A stretch of DNA of 64,000 bases from Fuerstiella sp. (GTDB taxonomy: Bacteria; Planctomycetota; Planctomycetia; Planctomycetales; Planctomycetaceae): contig JAQWLN010000100.1 of NCBI GenBank assembly GCA_029247265.1, forward strand, positions 5,122 to 69,121, in the 5' to 3' direction. Both the position numbers and the translations under genes were made by a program. Positions 41,573-52,659 of this stretch are shown here, one piece after another. Position 1 is the stretch's first letter, and the number at the start of each line of letters is the position of its first letter. The notes under the pieces are model-generated. The model was not told where the DNA came from, made no database searches, and saw only the letters and a program-made list of their open reading frames with translations.

Positions 41573-42751
41573 GTGAACTCGTTTAACCGCGTGCCCATCG
41601 GGCCGCGATCATCAAGACGCCGGGATGTGCACACCTGGTTCGACGCGCCGTCCAACGTATTTATCGTTGTCATGTTAGTGATTCTGTGCTGCTCGTCTGC
41701 CTCTGCGTCAGCGCAGGAAGGCCCTGCCGCAGCACCGGACTCTCCCCCCTCCGTTTTTCAGAAAGATAAAACGGACATCGCCGTGGATAAGGCAATTGCT
41801 TATCTGGTCAGCAAGCAACGCGATGACGGGGCCGTTTTGGATAAAGGGACTGATACAACCATGACCGCGTTGTCCATCATGGCGATGGCCAGCGTCGGCA
41901 TTCAGCCTGGTGACCCCACACCGGAAGGCCAGACCATGCAAAAGGCATTGTCGTTTGTGTTGAGTGATGGCCGTGTTGACGACAAGGGATATTTCGGCAG
42001 CAAGGATGGTTCTCGCATGTACGGCCATGGCATTATCACTCTGATGCTGACCGAGATGCTGGGCATGGGTGGCAGTGAAGAACAGGATCAGCTCATTCAT
42101 GATCGCTGCCAGAAAGCGATCGATGTGATTCTCAGTTCGCAGAAGGAACAAAAGCCAACTCATGCACGCGGTGGCTGGCGATACAACCCGAATGCCCGCG
42201 ATGCCGATTTGTCGGTCTCCGTCTGGCAGGTGATGGCACTCCGATCGGCGAAGAATGACGGATTGCAGGTTCCAGCCAGTGCCATTCGCGATGCTGTGGA
42301 ATACCTCAAACGATCCTACGCCTCTCCACTTGACCGTAATGGTCTGCCGGACAAGAAGGCCAGCGGCTTCTGCTATGAACCTCGTCAGAATAATCCCACA
42401 TTCACTATGACGGCGGCTGGCTTGCTGGCGATGCAGGTGTGCGGCGAATACGAATCGCCGCTGGTGGCCGGCGCCGCTGACTGGCTGCTGGCCCGGCCTC
42501 CGAAGTGGAAGGAACGATTTTGTTCGTACGGCACTTATTACTACGCTCAGGGCATGTATCAGCGCGGCGGCGAACACGCAAAAACGGCTCAGCAGCTTGT
42601 TCAGGAAATGCTGCTTGCGAATCAGGCTGCTGATGGGTCGTGGACCGCTCAGAACAGTTCAGAACGAGGTCACGGCGCGGTGTACGCGACGTCGATGTCC
42701 GTGCTGAGTCTGTCTGTGAAGTATCACTACCTGCCGATTTATCAGAAATAG
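41573..42751 (+). CDS. Prenyltransferase/squalene-oxidase repeat (alpha/alpha barrel) protein, secreted
   Basis: [14 protein letters not shown]; [11 protein letters not shown]; GGWRY...[18 protein letters not shown]; QAADGSW. Confidence 0.9.
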   Translation: MNSFNRVPIGPRSSRRRDVHTWFDAPSNVFIVVMLVILCCSSASASAQEGPAAAPDSPPSVFQKDKTDIAVDKAIAYLVSKQRDDGAVLDKGTDTTMTALSIMAMASVGIQPGDPTPEGQTMQKALSFVLSDGRVDDKGYFGSKDGSRMYGHGIITLMLTEMLGMGGSEEQDQLIHDRCQKAIDVILSSQKEQKPTHARGGWRYNPNARDADLSVSVWQVMALRSAKNDGLQVPASAIRDAVEYLKRSYASPLDRNGLPDKKASGFCYEPRQNNPTFTMTAAGLLAMQVCGEYESPLVAGAADWLLARPPKWKERFCSYGTYYYAQGMYQRGGEHAKTAQQLVQEMLLANQAADGSWTAQNSSERGHGAVYATSMSVLSLSVKYHYLPIYQK

Positions 42752-42876
42752 GCGCGTTGCACTTATCAGCCCGGCCATTTCCAAAATGCTCGTGGCTGAA
42801 GCACGTCTATGCCATCAGAACTCCCTGATGCCGTACGTACTCTGGTGCGTTTTGCTGTGGACAGCACCGCCCTCCG

Positions 42877-44283
42877 TCACAACAGCAGTTCTTCAATGAC
42901 TCGTGCGTCGTACACGTCAGTCAACCGTTCGTCGCGACCGTTATGATGCCATGTCAGCGTTTCATGATCCATGCCCAGCAGTTGCAGAATCGTAGCGTGC
43001 AGGTTGGCAGTCTGAGTTCTGTTTTCGACGGCTCGGTATCCAAAGTCATCTGTGGCTCCATAATGCTGGCCGCCTTTGATGCCTCCGCCGGCCATCCACA
43101 TGCTGAAGCCATAGGGGTGATGATCACGGCCGAAGGGCGTTTTTGCGTTACGCTGTTCAGCCGCGGGAGTTCGGCCGAATTCACCGCCCCACAGCACCAG
43201 TGTCGAATCCAGCAGGCCTGATCGCTTCAGGTCCGTCATCAGAGCGCCGATGGGCTTATCCGTGCGCTGGCAGCATTTTTTCGTGCCTTCATTATTATTG
43301 GTGTGGGTGTCCCACGGCTGCCCGGCCATGAACAGCGACACAAACCGCACGCCGCGTTCGATCAGCCGACGAGCCATCAGGCAGCGGGTGCCGTAGGACT
43401 TTGTTGTCGGATCATCCAGACCATACATCTTCTGCGTTGCTTCGGTTTCCTGAGACAGGTCGAGTGCATCTGTGGCGGCCAGCTGCATGCGGCCAGCCAG
43501 CTCAAACGTATCGATGCGAGCCTCCAGTTCCAGTTCACCAGGCCGTTGCGCCAGATGCCGATCGTTCAGTTGTCGTAGCAGCCGAGCACGGGCGTCTTCG
43601 ATCGCCCGCGAACGCGGCTGTTTCGGTTGCAGGTTCAGCACCGGACTGCCCTGTTCGTGAAATACGGTGCCCTGGTAGTGTGGCGGCAGCCAGCCACTGG
43701 ACCAGTTCCGCAAGCCGTCCACAGATGGACCACCTGGGTCCGGTAACGCAACAAAAGCCGGCAGGTTACGGTTTTCTGTTCCCAGACCGTAGGCTGTCCA
43801 CGCGCCCAGCGTCGGTCGACCTTCGGTGGTCATTCCCGTCTGAGCCATCCAGATGGCCTGTTCGTGATTTCGATGTTCGCTGAACATCGAACGTATCACC
43901 GCAATGTCGTCCGCGTGCTGCGAAACAAACGGCTGAATCTCAGAAAACTCCAGTCCGCTTTCTCCGCAGCGACGAAACTGAAAAGGAGATCCCATCAGGT
44001 TCTTTGTTCGTTTTTCATCGTCGGCGACTTCGTCAGGCGGAGTCGTTCCGTCGAATCGATTGAGTAACGGTTTCGGATCCAGCAGGTCCATATGGCTGGG
44101 GCCGCCATGCATGTACAGCTGAATGACCGCATTGGCTCGTGGCTGGAAATGTGCGCTGGCTGTCGTTTGCGGCTGGTCAGCAACGATCGCGTCACTCAGT
44201 AATGTCCCCAGCGCCAGGCCGCCAAAGCCGGAACCAAAACGCTGCAGAGATTGTCGTCGTGAAAGAGGTTGAAATGGATTCAT
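42877..44283 (-). CDS. DUF1501 domain protein
   Basis: SRRQSL; YMHGGPSHMDLLDPKP; WDTH; GEFGRTP; GRDHHP. Confidence 0.95.
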   Translation of the reverse strand: MNPFQPLSRRQSLQRFGSGFGGLALGTLLSDAIVADQPQTTASAHFQPRANAVIQLYMHGGPSHMDLLDPKPLLNRFDGTTPPDEVADDEKRTKNLMGSPFQFRRCGESGLEFSEIQPFVSQHADDIAVIRSMFSEHRNHEQAIWMAQTGMTTEGRPTLGAWTAYGLGTENRNLPAFVALPDPGGPSVDGLRNWSSGWLPPHYQGTVFHEQGSPVLNLQPKQPRSRAIEDARARLLRQLNDRHLAQRPGELELEARIDTFELAGRMQLAATDALDLSQETEATQKMYGLDDPTTKSYGTRCLMARRLIERGVRFVSLFMAGQPWDTHTNNNEGTKKCCQRTDKPIGALMTDLKRSGLLDSTLVLWGGEFGRTPAAEQRNAKTPFGRDHHPYGFSMWMAGGGIKGGQHYGATDDFGYRAVENRTQTANLHATILQLLGMDHETLTWHHNGRDERLTDVYDARVIEELLL

Positions 44284-44286
44284 GTG

Positions 44287-46926
44287 TTAATCCAGGTAGA
44301 CAAATTCATTGCTGCTCATCAGCATATGACACAGATCACCGCGTGCTTTTTTCTCCGCTGCTGCCAGCGATTCCGGCTTCCCGCGATCTGCTTCTGCCGT
44401 CTCGCCCTCGTATTGTGCTTTCTGGGTTTCGAAGAACTGTGTCAGCAGATCGTGTTCGTCTTTTGTCGTCGGACGCCCAAATGCTGTGAGTACGGCCCGT
44501 TCGACGGGATCGTCCGACTGCTCAGAAATGACTCGTTCCGCAAATGCCGTGGCCGCGCGAGTGATGGTGTCGCCGTTGAGTAATGCAAGGGCCTGCGTCG
44601 AGACCGTGGACATGCCTCGCTGAGTGCAGTTCACCGACATGGTCGGCTGGTCAAACACCTGCAGCAGCGTTTCGGGAGTCAGTCGCTTGATCTTTATATA
44701 AATGGATCGCCGGTTCTGATCCGCACCTCCCGGCACAATCACCTCGCCGTTCTTCTGCCGTGCCACGGCCTGTGAGACGCCGAACAACTGCGGATTGAGC
44801 GTTCCGGACACCGCCAGAAATGCGTCGCGTACAGCTTCAGCTTCCAGTCGCCGCATTGTTTGTCGCCACAGCAGCCGATTTTCCGGATCGACTTGCTCGC
44901 AGGTCGCTCGATGCTCGGTACTCACTCTTGAGCGTTGTCGCCACGTACTGGATGTCAGAATCAAGCGATGCATATGCTTGACGCTCCAGCCGCTGCGAAC
45001 AAACTCGCTCGCCAGCCAGTCCAGCAGTTCCGGGTGCGAAGGTGGCGAACCGGAGACTCCGAAGTCGTCAGGCGTGTCGACAATACCGGTGCGGAAATGG
45101 TGCATCCAGATGCGGTTCACCATCACTCGCGCTGTCAGCGGATGATTGGGCTGCGTCAGCCAGCGGGCAAAAGCCAGTCGACGGCCGGTCGTCTTTGCTT
45201 CGGTTGACGGAGCCTTCCACTGGAATTTCTGCGGCGTTTGCAGCGTTGAGATCACACCAGGTTCCACCAGTGGTCCGGGCGTCAATGCGTCGCCTCGCAG
45301 CAGGACCGGCGTTGTGATTGCTCCGGGCAGATCGTACAGGGCTCGGACTTCGTCAAACGACTTCCGCCGACCTTCTTCCGCGGTGACTTTCGCGTTCAGG
45401 TCTGCTGTCTGCTTCTTGTAATCTGAGTACTCAGCAAGTGCGGTGTCGAGTTCTTTGGCTTTTGGCCGCAGCGTCTGTTCGAACTTTTCGGCCAGATACA
45501 TCTGCACCTTTGTACGTGTTTCCGCTTTCGCCGCAAATGCCGCTTTGACGTCTTCGCGAATCTGTTCCGGCAAGCCGTTCAGGCGATCGTCAAACAGCCG
45601 AGTCGTGAATGTCGTTTTCAACGCAGCCAGTTCGGATTTCAATTTCTTCAGGTTGACATCGACTTCGGCGTTCCTTTTGGTTGCAGCTTCTTTCTGTTTC
45701 TTCGAAGCGATCGGCAGCCGTCGATTCATTTGCGGCACCCAGGCATCGGGCCGATAGGCCCCCATAAATACCGCCTGCATGCGATAGTAGTCCACCTGAG
45801 TAATGGCATCGAACTTGTGACTGTGACACCGAGCACACTGAACAGTCAGCCCCATCGTGGACGAACAGACAATCTGCAGCGTGTCGAACAGCGTGGGGTA
45901 GAAGTACTGCGAGGCGGCATTCTTGATCGTTTTGAAATCCGGCCGACTCGGATCAGCAGCTGTTCGCAGAAATCCGGTGGCGACGATGCCTTCGACAACT
46001 TCATCCGACAGCTGATCGTCAGACTCAAAGGCAGTCCAGTAGTCAGTCAGTTCATCGCCCGCAATCTGTTCCTGCAGAAAACGATCGTAGGGTTTGTCGC
46101 TGTTGAACGCGCGAATGACATAGTCGCGATATCTCCATGCCAGAGGCAGATCACGGTCTTCGTTAAGAATCCCGGCTGATTCCGTATACCCGGTCACGTC
46201 TAGCCAGTGACGACCCCAGCGTTCTCCATAATGTTCATTGGCCAACAGGTCTTCGATCAGTCGCTCGTAGCGGTCTGAGTCAATACTGTTCGTGAACTCT
46301 TCGACGTCTTCCGGCGACGGGGGCAAGCCCGTTAAGTCAAAAGTTGCGCGGCGCAAAAGCGTTTGACGATCTGCCGCCGGTGCCATAGTTAAGTGGTGTT
46401 CTTCCAATTGCTGCAGCACAAACGCGTCGATAGGATTTTTCACCCGATCTGTCTGCACCACCTGAGGAACGTCCGGGCGAACGGGTGGATGAAATGACCA
46501 ATGCTCGACGACCGTCACATCGTCCGAGCGATCAACGACGGCCGCATTGCTGACGCCGCTGGCCCCCTCATTGATCCATTTGCGGATGAGTCCCTTTTCT
46601 TCCGCCGTTACCTTCTGTCCAACGGGGGGCATTTTTCCGGAACTGATCTTTTCGTACAGCAGGCTGAATTCGGCGGCCCGAATTCGCAGAGCTGCTCCGG
46701 AATCACCGCCCGTCAACAACGATGACGGGCTGGTCAGGTTCAGCCCGGCTTTGGGTTCGACACCTGCATGGCAGCGGATACACCTGGTACGAAAGATGGG
46801 CAGGATATCTTTGTCGAACGTCAGTTCACGTTTTTCATCGTCCGCCCGCACTCCGACCGGACACAACGCGACCAAAAGCAGCGTTGATGTCATCAGTAAT
46901 TTCGATTGAACGAAACCACACCTCAT
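44287..46926 (-). CDS. PSD1/PSCyt2 (DUF1553/DUF1549) protein with a planctomycete cytochrome c domain
   Basis: CIRCH; WSFHPP; [14 protein letters not shown]; [11 protein letters not shown]; [10 protein letters not shown]; [10 protein letters not shown]; HPELLDWLA. Start is 46926 or 46893. Confidence 0.95.
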   Translation of the reverse strand: MRCGFVQSKLLMTSTLLLVALCPVGVRADDEKRELTFDKDILPIFRTRCIRCHAGVEPKAGLNLTSPSSLLTGGDSGAALRIRAAEFSLLYEKISSGKMPPVGQKVTAEEKGLIRKWINEGASGVSNAAVVDRSDDVTVVEHWSFHPPVRPDVPQVVQTDRVKNPIDAFVLQQLEEHHLTMAPAADRQTLLRRATFDLTGLPPSPEDVEEFTNSIDSDRYERLIEDLLANEHYGERWGRHWLDVTGYTESAGILNEDRDLPLAWRYRDYVIRAFNSDKPYDRFLQEQIAGDELTDYWTAFESDDQLSDEVVEGIVATGFLRTAADPSRPDFKTIKNAASQYFYPTLFDTLQIVCSSTMGLTVQCARCHSHKFDAITQVDYYRMQAVFMGAYRPDAWVPQMNRRLPIASKKQKEAATKRNAEVDVNLKKLKSELAALKTTFTTRLFDDRLNGLPEQIREDVKAAFAAKAETRTKVQMYLAEKFEQTLRPKAKELDTALAEYSDYKKQTADLNAKVTAEEGRRKSFDEVRALYDLPGAITTPVLLRGDALTPGPLVEPGVISTLQTPQKFQWKAPSTEAKTTGRRLAFARWLTQPNHPLTARVMVNRIWMHHFRTGIVDTPDDFGVSGSPPSHPELLDWLASEFVRSGWSVKHMHRLILTSSTWRQRSRVSTEHRATCEQVDPENRLLWRQTMRRLEAEAVRDAFLAVSGTLNPQLFGVSQAVARQKNGEVIVPGGADQNRRSIYIKIKRLTPETLLQVFDQPTMSVNCTQRGMSTVSTQALALLNGDTITRAATAFAERVISEQSDDPVERAVLTAFGRPTTKDEHDLLTQFFETQKAQYEGETAEADRGKPESLAAAEKKARGDLCHMLMSSNEFVYLD

Positions 46927-47114
46927 CGAACGATTCCATGGGATCGAGTCGGGACATCGGGCAAGTCTGCATTCTATCGAAAGACAACAGCAGATCGCCA
47001 CTGCATTGTCATTCACGTTGTGCGTTTGGAAGGGAGATCTCCAAACTGATTCAGGTTCCGCAGGTCTCTGCTGCCTGTCTTTGTCGCTGACTCATTTTCA
47101 CGGCGAATGAAAAA

Positions 47115-48831
47115 TCATTCTGTAGTTTGGCGTTTGGCGAACGACACGCCTTTGACGCGCCAGAGTTTCACAGACATTTCGGTGATCTGATTTTTCTCGT
47201 TCCGTGTGAACGTGAACACTCGATTGTCGTGGTTCTGGTGGATGCCTGGCACGAACTCATCCTGGACTGTGGGATCAAGCGGCACCCAACCGAGGTTATT
47301 GACTCGCAACAACAGTTTTCCGTCAGCAACTCGGAAGCGGTACATCGCCGCCAATTCGTCACTGATGTATCGTCCCTCGCATGCCATCAGTTGTGCGGGA
47401 TCCGGTTCAACCAGGTCAACGCTATCCGTCCTGAGCGTCCCGCCGTTCCATCTGCTGGTCAGCGAAAACGGGGACTCGGGTGACGTTCGCGTGAATTCGA
47501 ACCTGGCAGTTTCGTCGAAGAAGCCACCGTCAGGCTGAAATCGGTCGCGGCCCACGGGGATCAGTGGAATGGCATTGTTCAGGTGGTCGATGACCAGCAG
47601 CCTGCCGTTGCGAAACACGATTCTCCAGATACGTCCATCCGCGCGCAGTCGAAAAGCACCAACCTTGTTTCGAAGTTCCGCTTCGTCCACTGCCGTCTCT
47701 TCATCTTCAGATCGACGCGCCGCCTCGTGGTCGACTTTGTTCTGCACCGGTTCAAGATCGTTCGCTAGGTACAGATCAGCGATGCGAGCGTTGATCTGCC
47801 AAGGAGCGATCGTTGAATTGTTGCACAGGCAAATAGCCGTGAACTGCTGATCGGAAACTGCGTCATGGCTGCCACCTATCCTGGCATTCCACCCGTAAAC
47901 TGAATTCTCTTCACGCCGCGATACGTGCCGGTCGGTGTAGCGTCCACCACGTTGCGGTTGCCCAGCAACGTGCCTTCCGTGATGAATTCAGTGAAATACT
48001 TTCCCGTGGACAAGCGGTTGTTACAGAAGTTCTGGTCCCATCGATAGAGGTCGTCGACGCAGGTGTACAACCCACGACCGCCAGGGCCCGCCGATCCTTG
48101 AGTCCACTGATGCCACCGGCCGTTGGTGCGCTGGTAACCGATGGCCCGGCGTTTCACGATTCGCGCCGGGTCCTCCATGATGAAGGTATTGGACATACCA
48201 AGTGGTTCAAACAGATTCTTCTTCGCGAATTCCGCCAGTGTCAGACCGGTGACCCGTTCGACAATAATTCCCATCAGGAAGTAGTCGCCGGTGCTGTAGG
48301 AGAATTGCGAGCCCGGTTCAAATGGCAGCGTCTTTTGTCCCGACAGCAGCGTTAACAGGTCATTCTGCGAACAGGGCGTTTCCGTGGGTTCGGCGTACCA
48401 TTCGGCCAGCTGAGCAATATGCCACTGCGACAGTGGATCATGTGGCGGATTCGAACGGGCGGCTCGAATTCGTGCATCTCCGGCACATAACGGCGCAGGT
48501 CGTCATCCGGTGAGATCTTCCCCTGGTCCAGCAGAATGGCCATGCAGGCACAGGTGAACGATTTCGCAAAGGAACCGATCTCGAAGACTGTTTGCGGCGT
48601 ATTCGCAACCTCGTGATCCAGATTGGCCGAACCGAAGCCCTTGCTGAAAATCAGTTTCCCCTGACTCACGATGCCGATGGCACAGCCGGGCGCATCGGCC
48701 CGATCGTATTCTGCAAACAGGGCGTCCACTTGTGACGAGAGGGCATCGTCAGCGTGAGCCCCTCTTAGGGCTGATAGTGCCAGTCCGAAAATCAAACACC
48801 ATCGTGTGACTGCCTGAACATGGATCCGCAT
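47115..48831 (-). pseudogene. Serine hydrolase (class C beta-lactamase-like) with C-terminal domain, disrupted
   Basis: Three ORF pieces join into one protein: signal peptide, GSFAK (SxxK), PFEPGSQFSYSTGDY, then ...ICLCNN and a C-terminal domain. Lesions: frameshift at ~48420, TAG at 47876-47878, 1-nt deletion at ~47851. Confidence 0.88.
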
Positions 48832-49033
48832 GATACGACCTCGTCCGATTGCCCATTCTGACGCCCGCTCACTGGTTGCATACACAGTGTAGCCAACCGC
48901 TGGTTGCCGACGTTTCGTAAGAACGGACGTGGGCAAATCCGGGTTTATGATCCTGTTTTGATCCCAATTGCAGGAATGAATCTCTAGAATCGTGCGACCA
49001 TCGACTTACATAAAAACCTTCATGAGGTTCATC

Positions 49034-50608
49034 ATGCAAACCTTCCGAGCTGTCTTGTGCCTCCTGTTCCTGCATTGCGCTGTGACTACCAACGGCCTTG
49101 CTGCAACGAATCCAAACATCGTTTTCATCATGGCGGATGATCAGGGCTTCGGTGATGTTTCTGCATTGAATCCGGAATCGAAGATTCCTACTCCTAATAT
49201 TGACCGAATTGCGAACGAGGGGATGATCTTTTCTGATGGACATTCTTCTTCGTCCGTCTGCACACCCACACGATACTCGGTTTTGACCGGTCGATACCAC
49301 TGGCGGACTCATCTTCAAAAAGGTGTCCTGGGTGGCTTTTCCAAACCGTTGATTTCGTCGGGCCGATTAACAGTCGCGTCGCTGCTGAAGCAACATGGCT
49401 ATGCGACTGCCTGTATCGGCAAATGGCATCTTGGCTGGGACTGGCCGCTGAAGGCAGGCGGCACGGCGAATGACGGCGGCGATTTTTCCGGCGGGTTCAA
49501 GGCGGGATGGGATGTTGATTATGCGGGCGAGATTCAGAATGGTCCCTGCGACTTTGGATTCGATTACTTCTTCGGAATCAGTGCGTCGCTGGACATGCCA
49601 CCGTACGTCTACGTCCGCAATCGAACTCCCACCGAGCCGGCGACCGTTGAAAAAGCGTTTCACCGTAAAGGGCCGGCCGCAGCAGCTTTCGAGGCTGTGG
49701 ATGTATTACCCACGATCACCAAAGAAACCGTGCAGTTCATCAACGACAACGCAAAATCAGACAAGCCGTTCTTTGTTTATTTTCCGTTGAATGCGCCGCA
49801 CACGCCGATCGTGCCGACAGGTGAGTGGGAAGGAAAGAGCGGGATCAACAAATACGGCGACTTCACGATGCAGGTCGACTGGACGGTGGGGCAAGTTCTG
49901 AAAGCGATCGACGACAACGAGATTTCCGAAAACACTCTGGTCATTTTTACGACTGACAATGGTTGTTCACCCGCCGCGAAAATCCCGGAACTCGAAGCGG
50001 CCGGGCATGACCAGAATTACATTTACCGTGGTCACAAGGCCGACATCTTTGAAGGTGGCCATCGGGTGCCCTTTGTGGCACGCTGGCCCGGCAAAGTAAA
50101 AGCCGGTTCGCGAACCGATCAACTGGTCGGACAACTTGACTTGCTGGCGACGGCTGCTCAGATTGTTGGAGCGAAGGTTGCTGAAGACGGGGGCGAAGAC
50201 AGCGTGTCGTTTTTGCCCGTGCTGTTGGGGGAAAGCAGCACCGCCGCTCGCCGAGGGCTGCGCACGTCGATCGTTTCGCAATCCATTGGCGGCCAGTTCG
50301 CGATCCGCGACGGCGATTGGAAACTCTGCCTGTGTCCAGGGTCCGGTGGATGGAGCGAACCTCGACCCGGACGGCTGGATATGTCAAAGATGCCGCCGAT
50401 TCAATTGTTCAATCTGGCAGACGACCCCGGCGAAACGAATAACCTTCAGGCTGAACAAGCGGATCAGGTCGCAAAAATGAAAGGCATGCTGAGCAAGGTC
50501 ATCGGCAACGGTCGATCGACGCCTGGTCCTCAGCTGCAGAACGATGCCGAGATCGTAATGATCAAACCCGTACCGAAACCACGGGCGAAATCGAAAAAGA
50601 AAAAATAG
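49034..50608 (+). CDS. Arylsulfatase, secreted
   Basis: PNIVFIMADDQG; CTPTRYSVLTGRY; GKWHLG; TTDNG; RGHKADIFEGGHRVP; RBS GAGG. Confidence 0.95.
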   Translation: MQTFRAVLCLLFLHCAVTTNGLAATNPNIVFIMADDQGFGDVSALNPESKIPTPNIDRIANEGMIFSDGHSSSSVCTPTRYSVLTGRYHWRTHLQKGVLGGFSKPLISSGRLTVASLLKQHGYATACIGKWHLGWDWPLKAGGTANDGGDFSGGFKAGWDVDYAGEIQNGPCDFGFDYFFGISASLDMPPYVYVRNRTPTEPATVEKAFHRKGPAAAAFEAVDVLPTITKETVQFINDNAKSDKPFFVYFPLNAPHTPIVPTGEWEGKSGINKYGDFTMQVDWTVGQVLKAIDDNEISENTLVIFTTDNGCSPAAKIPELEAAGHDQNYIYRGHKADIFEGGHRVPFVARWPGKVKAGSRTDQLVGQLDLLATAAQIVGAKVAEDGGEDSVSFLPVLLGESSTAARRGLRTSIVSQSIGGQFAIRDGDWKLCLCPGSGGWSEPRPGRLDMSKMPPIQLFNLADDPGETNNLQAEQADQVAKMKGMLSKVIGNGRSTPGPQLQNDAEIVMIKPVPKPRAKSKKKK

Positions 50609-50722
50609 TTGTGTACGCTTCCTGTTTTCACTGCGTGGGCTGGATAACGTCCGCCACTGCAATCAGCAGACGAGCAGCCAATGCGCTCCGTGGATACGTG
50701 TGATGGTCTCTCCCAGACCAAC

Positions 50723-50940
50723 GTAGGCCGGCATCCAGGAGCCTCAGCGACGCCGCTCCGACAATACTACGAATGCAGCTGAAGATGCGCTGCAACAGAA
50801 GTCTCGTGCTGGGGCCTTTAACCTGACCTCCGTTGGTTCTACCGGCAGCCTGCTGTGCCTCCGTCGTTCTGTTGCGGGCAAACGGTACCACCCTGGGAAC
50901 AGTGGGTGCCGGAACAGCGCTTCGCTCGGTCACGGCCTAC
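50723..50940. repeat. Inverted pair of GTAG-type REP-like palindromes
   Basis: GTAGGCCGG...CCGAC at 50723-50763 (+) and GTAGGCCGTGACCGAGCGAAGCGCTGTTCCGGC at 50940-50908 (-), between convergent genes. Confidence 0.55.
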
Positions 50941-50986
50941 TGACTTGGCGACGACCTGTCCCATGCGCTGCCAGTTCTTTCTGTCG

Positions 50987-52288
50987 CTAGACCTTCGGCA
51001 GTTGCCACGGATCACGGCGTTCGTAGTCCATCCACGAGTTAGCCTCTTTATCATCGCCGAAGTTCCAGTTTTTCGGATCCCACCTCAGGCTGCGTCCATG
51101 CCAGTAGGCCAGATTTCCTAAATGGCAAACGGTCGCGCTACGAGCGCCGATTTCCACATCTGCCACGGGGCGACTGCGGTCGCGAATGGCGTTCAGCCAG
51201 TCTCGGTGATGTCCCGGCGAGTTGTACAGGTGGACTTCGTCTTCGCCGAGCGGTTCCTTTGTCGCGTCTTCCGGATCGGAACTCAGATGACCCCGGTCGA
51301 TCCGCAGCGTTCCATCTGTGCCATGAAATGTGATACCACTGGGACCACCGTGAAACATCTCAATTCCGTTCTCGTAGATGTACTGTACTCCCGTTCCAGT
51401 CGTAGGATCCTCAGGTGGATTGATTTCCACAGGGCCGGATTCGTCCATGCCAAGTGCCCACTGAGCGATGTCATAGTGGTGAGCTCCGATATCCGTCTGG
51501 CCGCCGCCGGAATACTCGCGATATTGCCGCCACTGTCCCCAGGGTTTTGAAATTCCTCCCCGAGCACTTAGCGCGGAGTTGTACGGTCGCTGAGCCGCAG
51601 GGCCCAGCCACATGTCCCAGTCCAGTCCCGGTTCCAATTCTTCTTCCGGCAGGTCGCACCACTTGCTGGGGCCGCCTACGCCAACGGTGACCTTCTGAAT
51701 CTTTCCAATGCGACCGCTGCGGACGAATTCACAGGCCTTACGAAACGGTCCGAACACACTGCTGCGCTGCTGGCTGCCCGTCTGCAGAACTCGGCCATGT
51801 TTACGAACCGCGTCGATGCATCGTTTGGCTTCCAGAACGGTGAGAGTCAGCGGTTTTTCACAGTACACGTCTTTGCCAGCCTGGCACGCTTCAATGACAG
51901 GGATCGCGTGCCAATGATCCGGCGCAGCGATCAATACGGCGTCGATGTCGTCGCGTTCAATGATGCTTCGAAAATGGTTATACGCGTCACAGCCTGTGTC
52001 GGCTTTTGCCCCGTACTTTTCGGCGACTCGTTTTCTGGCGATTTCGCGACGGGTTGTGTCCACATCGCATACCGCGGTGATCTGTACGTCGTCAAAGCCA
52101 AGCAGCGTATTCATGTGATAGCCGCTGCACATCTTTCCTGTCCCGATCAGACCGACCGAAAGACGTTCACTGGCGGCAGCTCGTCCCGGAGCTCGTCCGA
52201 GCGCAGTAGCCGGAATGATCATGGGCGCCGTCAGGGCAGCGGAAGTCTTCAGAAAGGAACGACGAGAAGTTTGTCTGCTGTGAATCAT
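50987..52288 (-). CDS. Tat-exported Gfo/Idh/MocA family oxidoreductase
   Basis: SRRSFLK; VGLIGTG; APDHWH; DVYCEKP; GSQQRS; WDMWLGPA; IGAHHYD. Confidence 0.95.
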   Translation of the reverse strand: MIHSRQTSRRSFLKTSAALTAPMIIPATALGRAPGRAAASERLSVGLIGTGKMCSGYHMNTLLGFDDVQITAVCDVDTTRREIARKRVAEKYGAKADTGCDAYNHFRSIIERDDIDAVLIAAPDHWHAIPVIEACQAGKDVYCEKPLTLTVLEAKRCIDAVRKHGRVLQTGSQQRSSVFGPFRKACEFVRSGRIGKIQKVTVGVGGPSKWCDLPEEELEPGLDWDMWLGPAAQRPYNSALSARGGISKPWGQWRQYREYSGGGQTDIGAHHYDIAQWALGMDESGPVEINPPEDPTTGTGVQYIYENGIEMFHGGPSGITFHGTDGTLRIDRGHLSSDPEDATKEPLGEDEVHLYNSPGHHRDWLNAIRDRSRPVADVEIGARSATVCHLGNLAYWHGRSLRWDPKNWNFGDDKEANSWMDYERRDPWQLPKV

Positions 52289-52465
52289 ACGGAACTCTCT
52301 CGGGCGGGCGGGGACATGGGGATGCGTACAACGAAACCGTGAAGTTTACCGGCGTTGCCGCGACTTCTTCCTGCGTAGACACATCATGGTATGCGTTTTC
52401 ACAATCGGCAACCCGACGGCACGAACCGTGTGCGGTTTCGTGGCCGGGAAGGTGAAAAAACGTTA

Positions 52466-52593
52466 GAAGTGGTTTCAATACCAGCACGCAGCGCCAGCAA
52501 GTGAGTTGCGACTCTGGTTTTTCCACGCGTCATGTTCACTCACTTACTCGCTCGCGGTTCGTGCTTGTATTCCTGGGTTATTGAAACCACTTC
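52466..52593. repeat. 128-bp REPIN/MITE-like element with perfect 15-bp terminal inverted repeats
   Basis: GAAGTGGTTTCAATA (52466-52480) and TATTGAAACCACTTC (52579-52593); the inner arms share AGCACG and AAGTGAGT. Confidence 0.7.
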
Positions 52594-52659
52594 CAGGCAT
52601 TCTGAGCCACAATGAGCAGTGGTCTTGAGCGTCAACTCAACCTGTCGGACCCCACTGAC

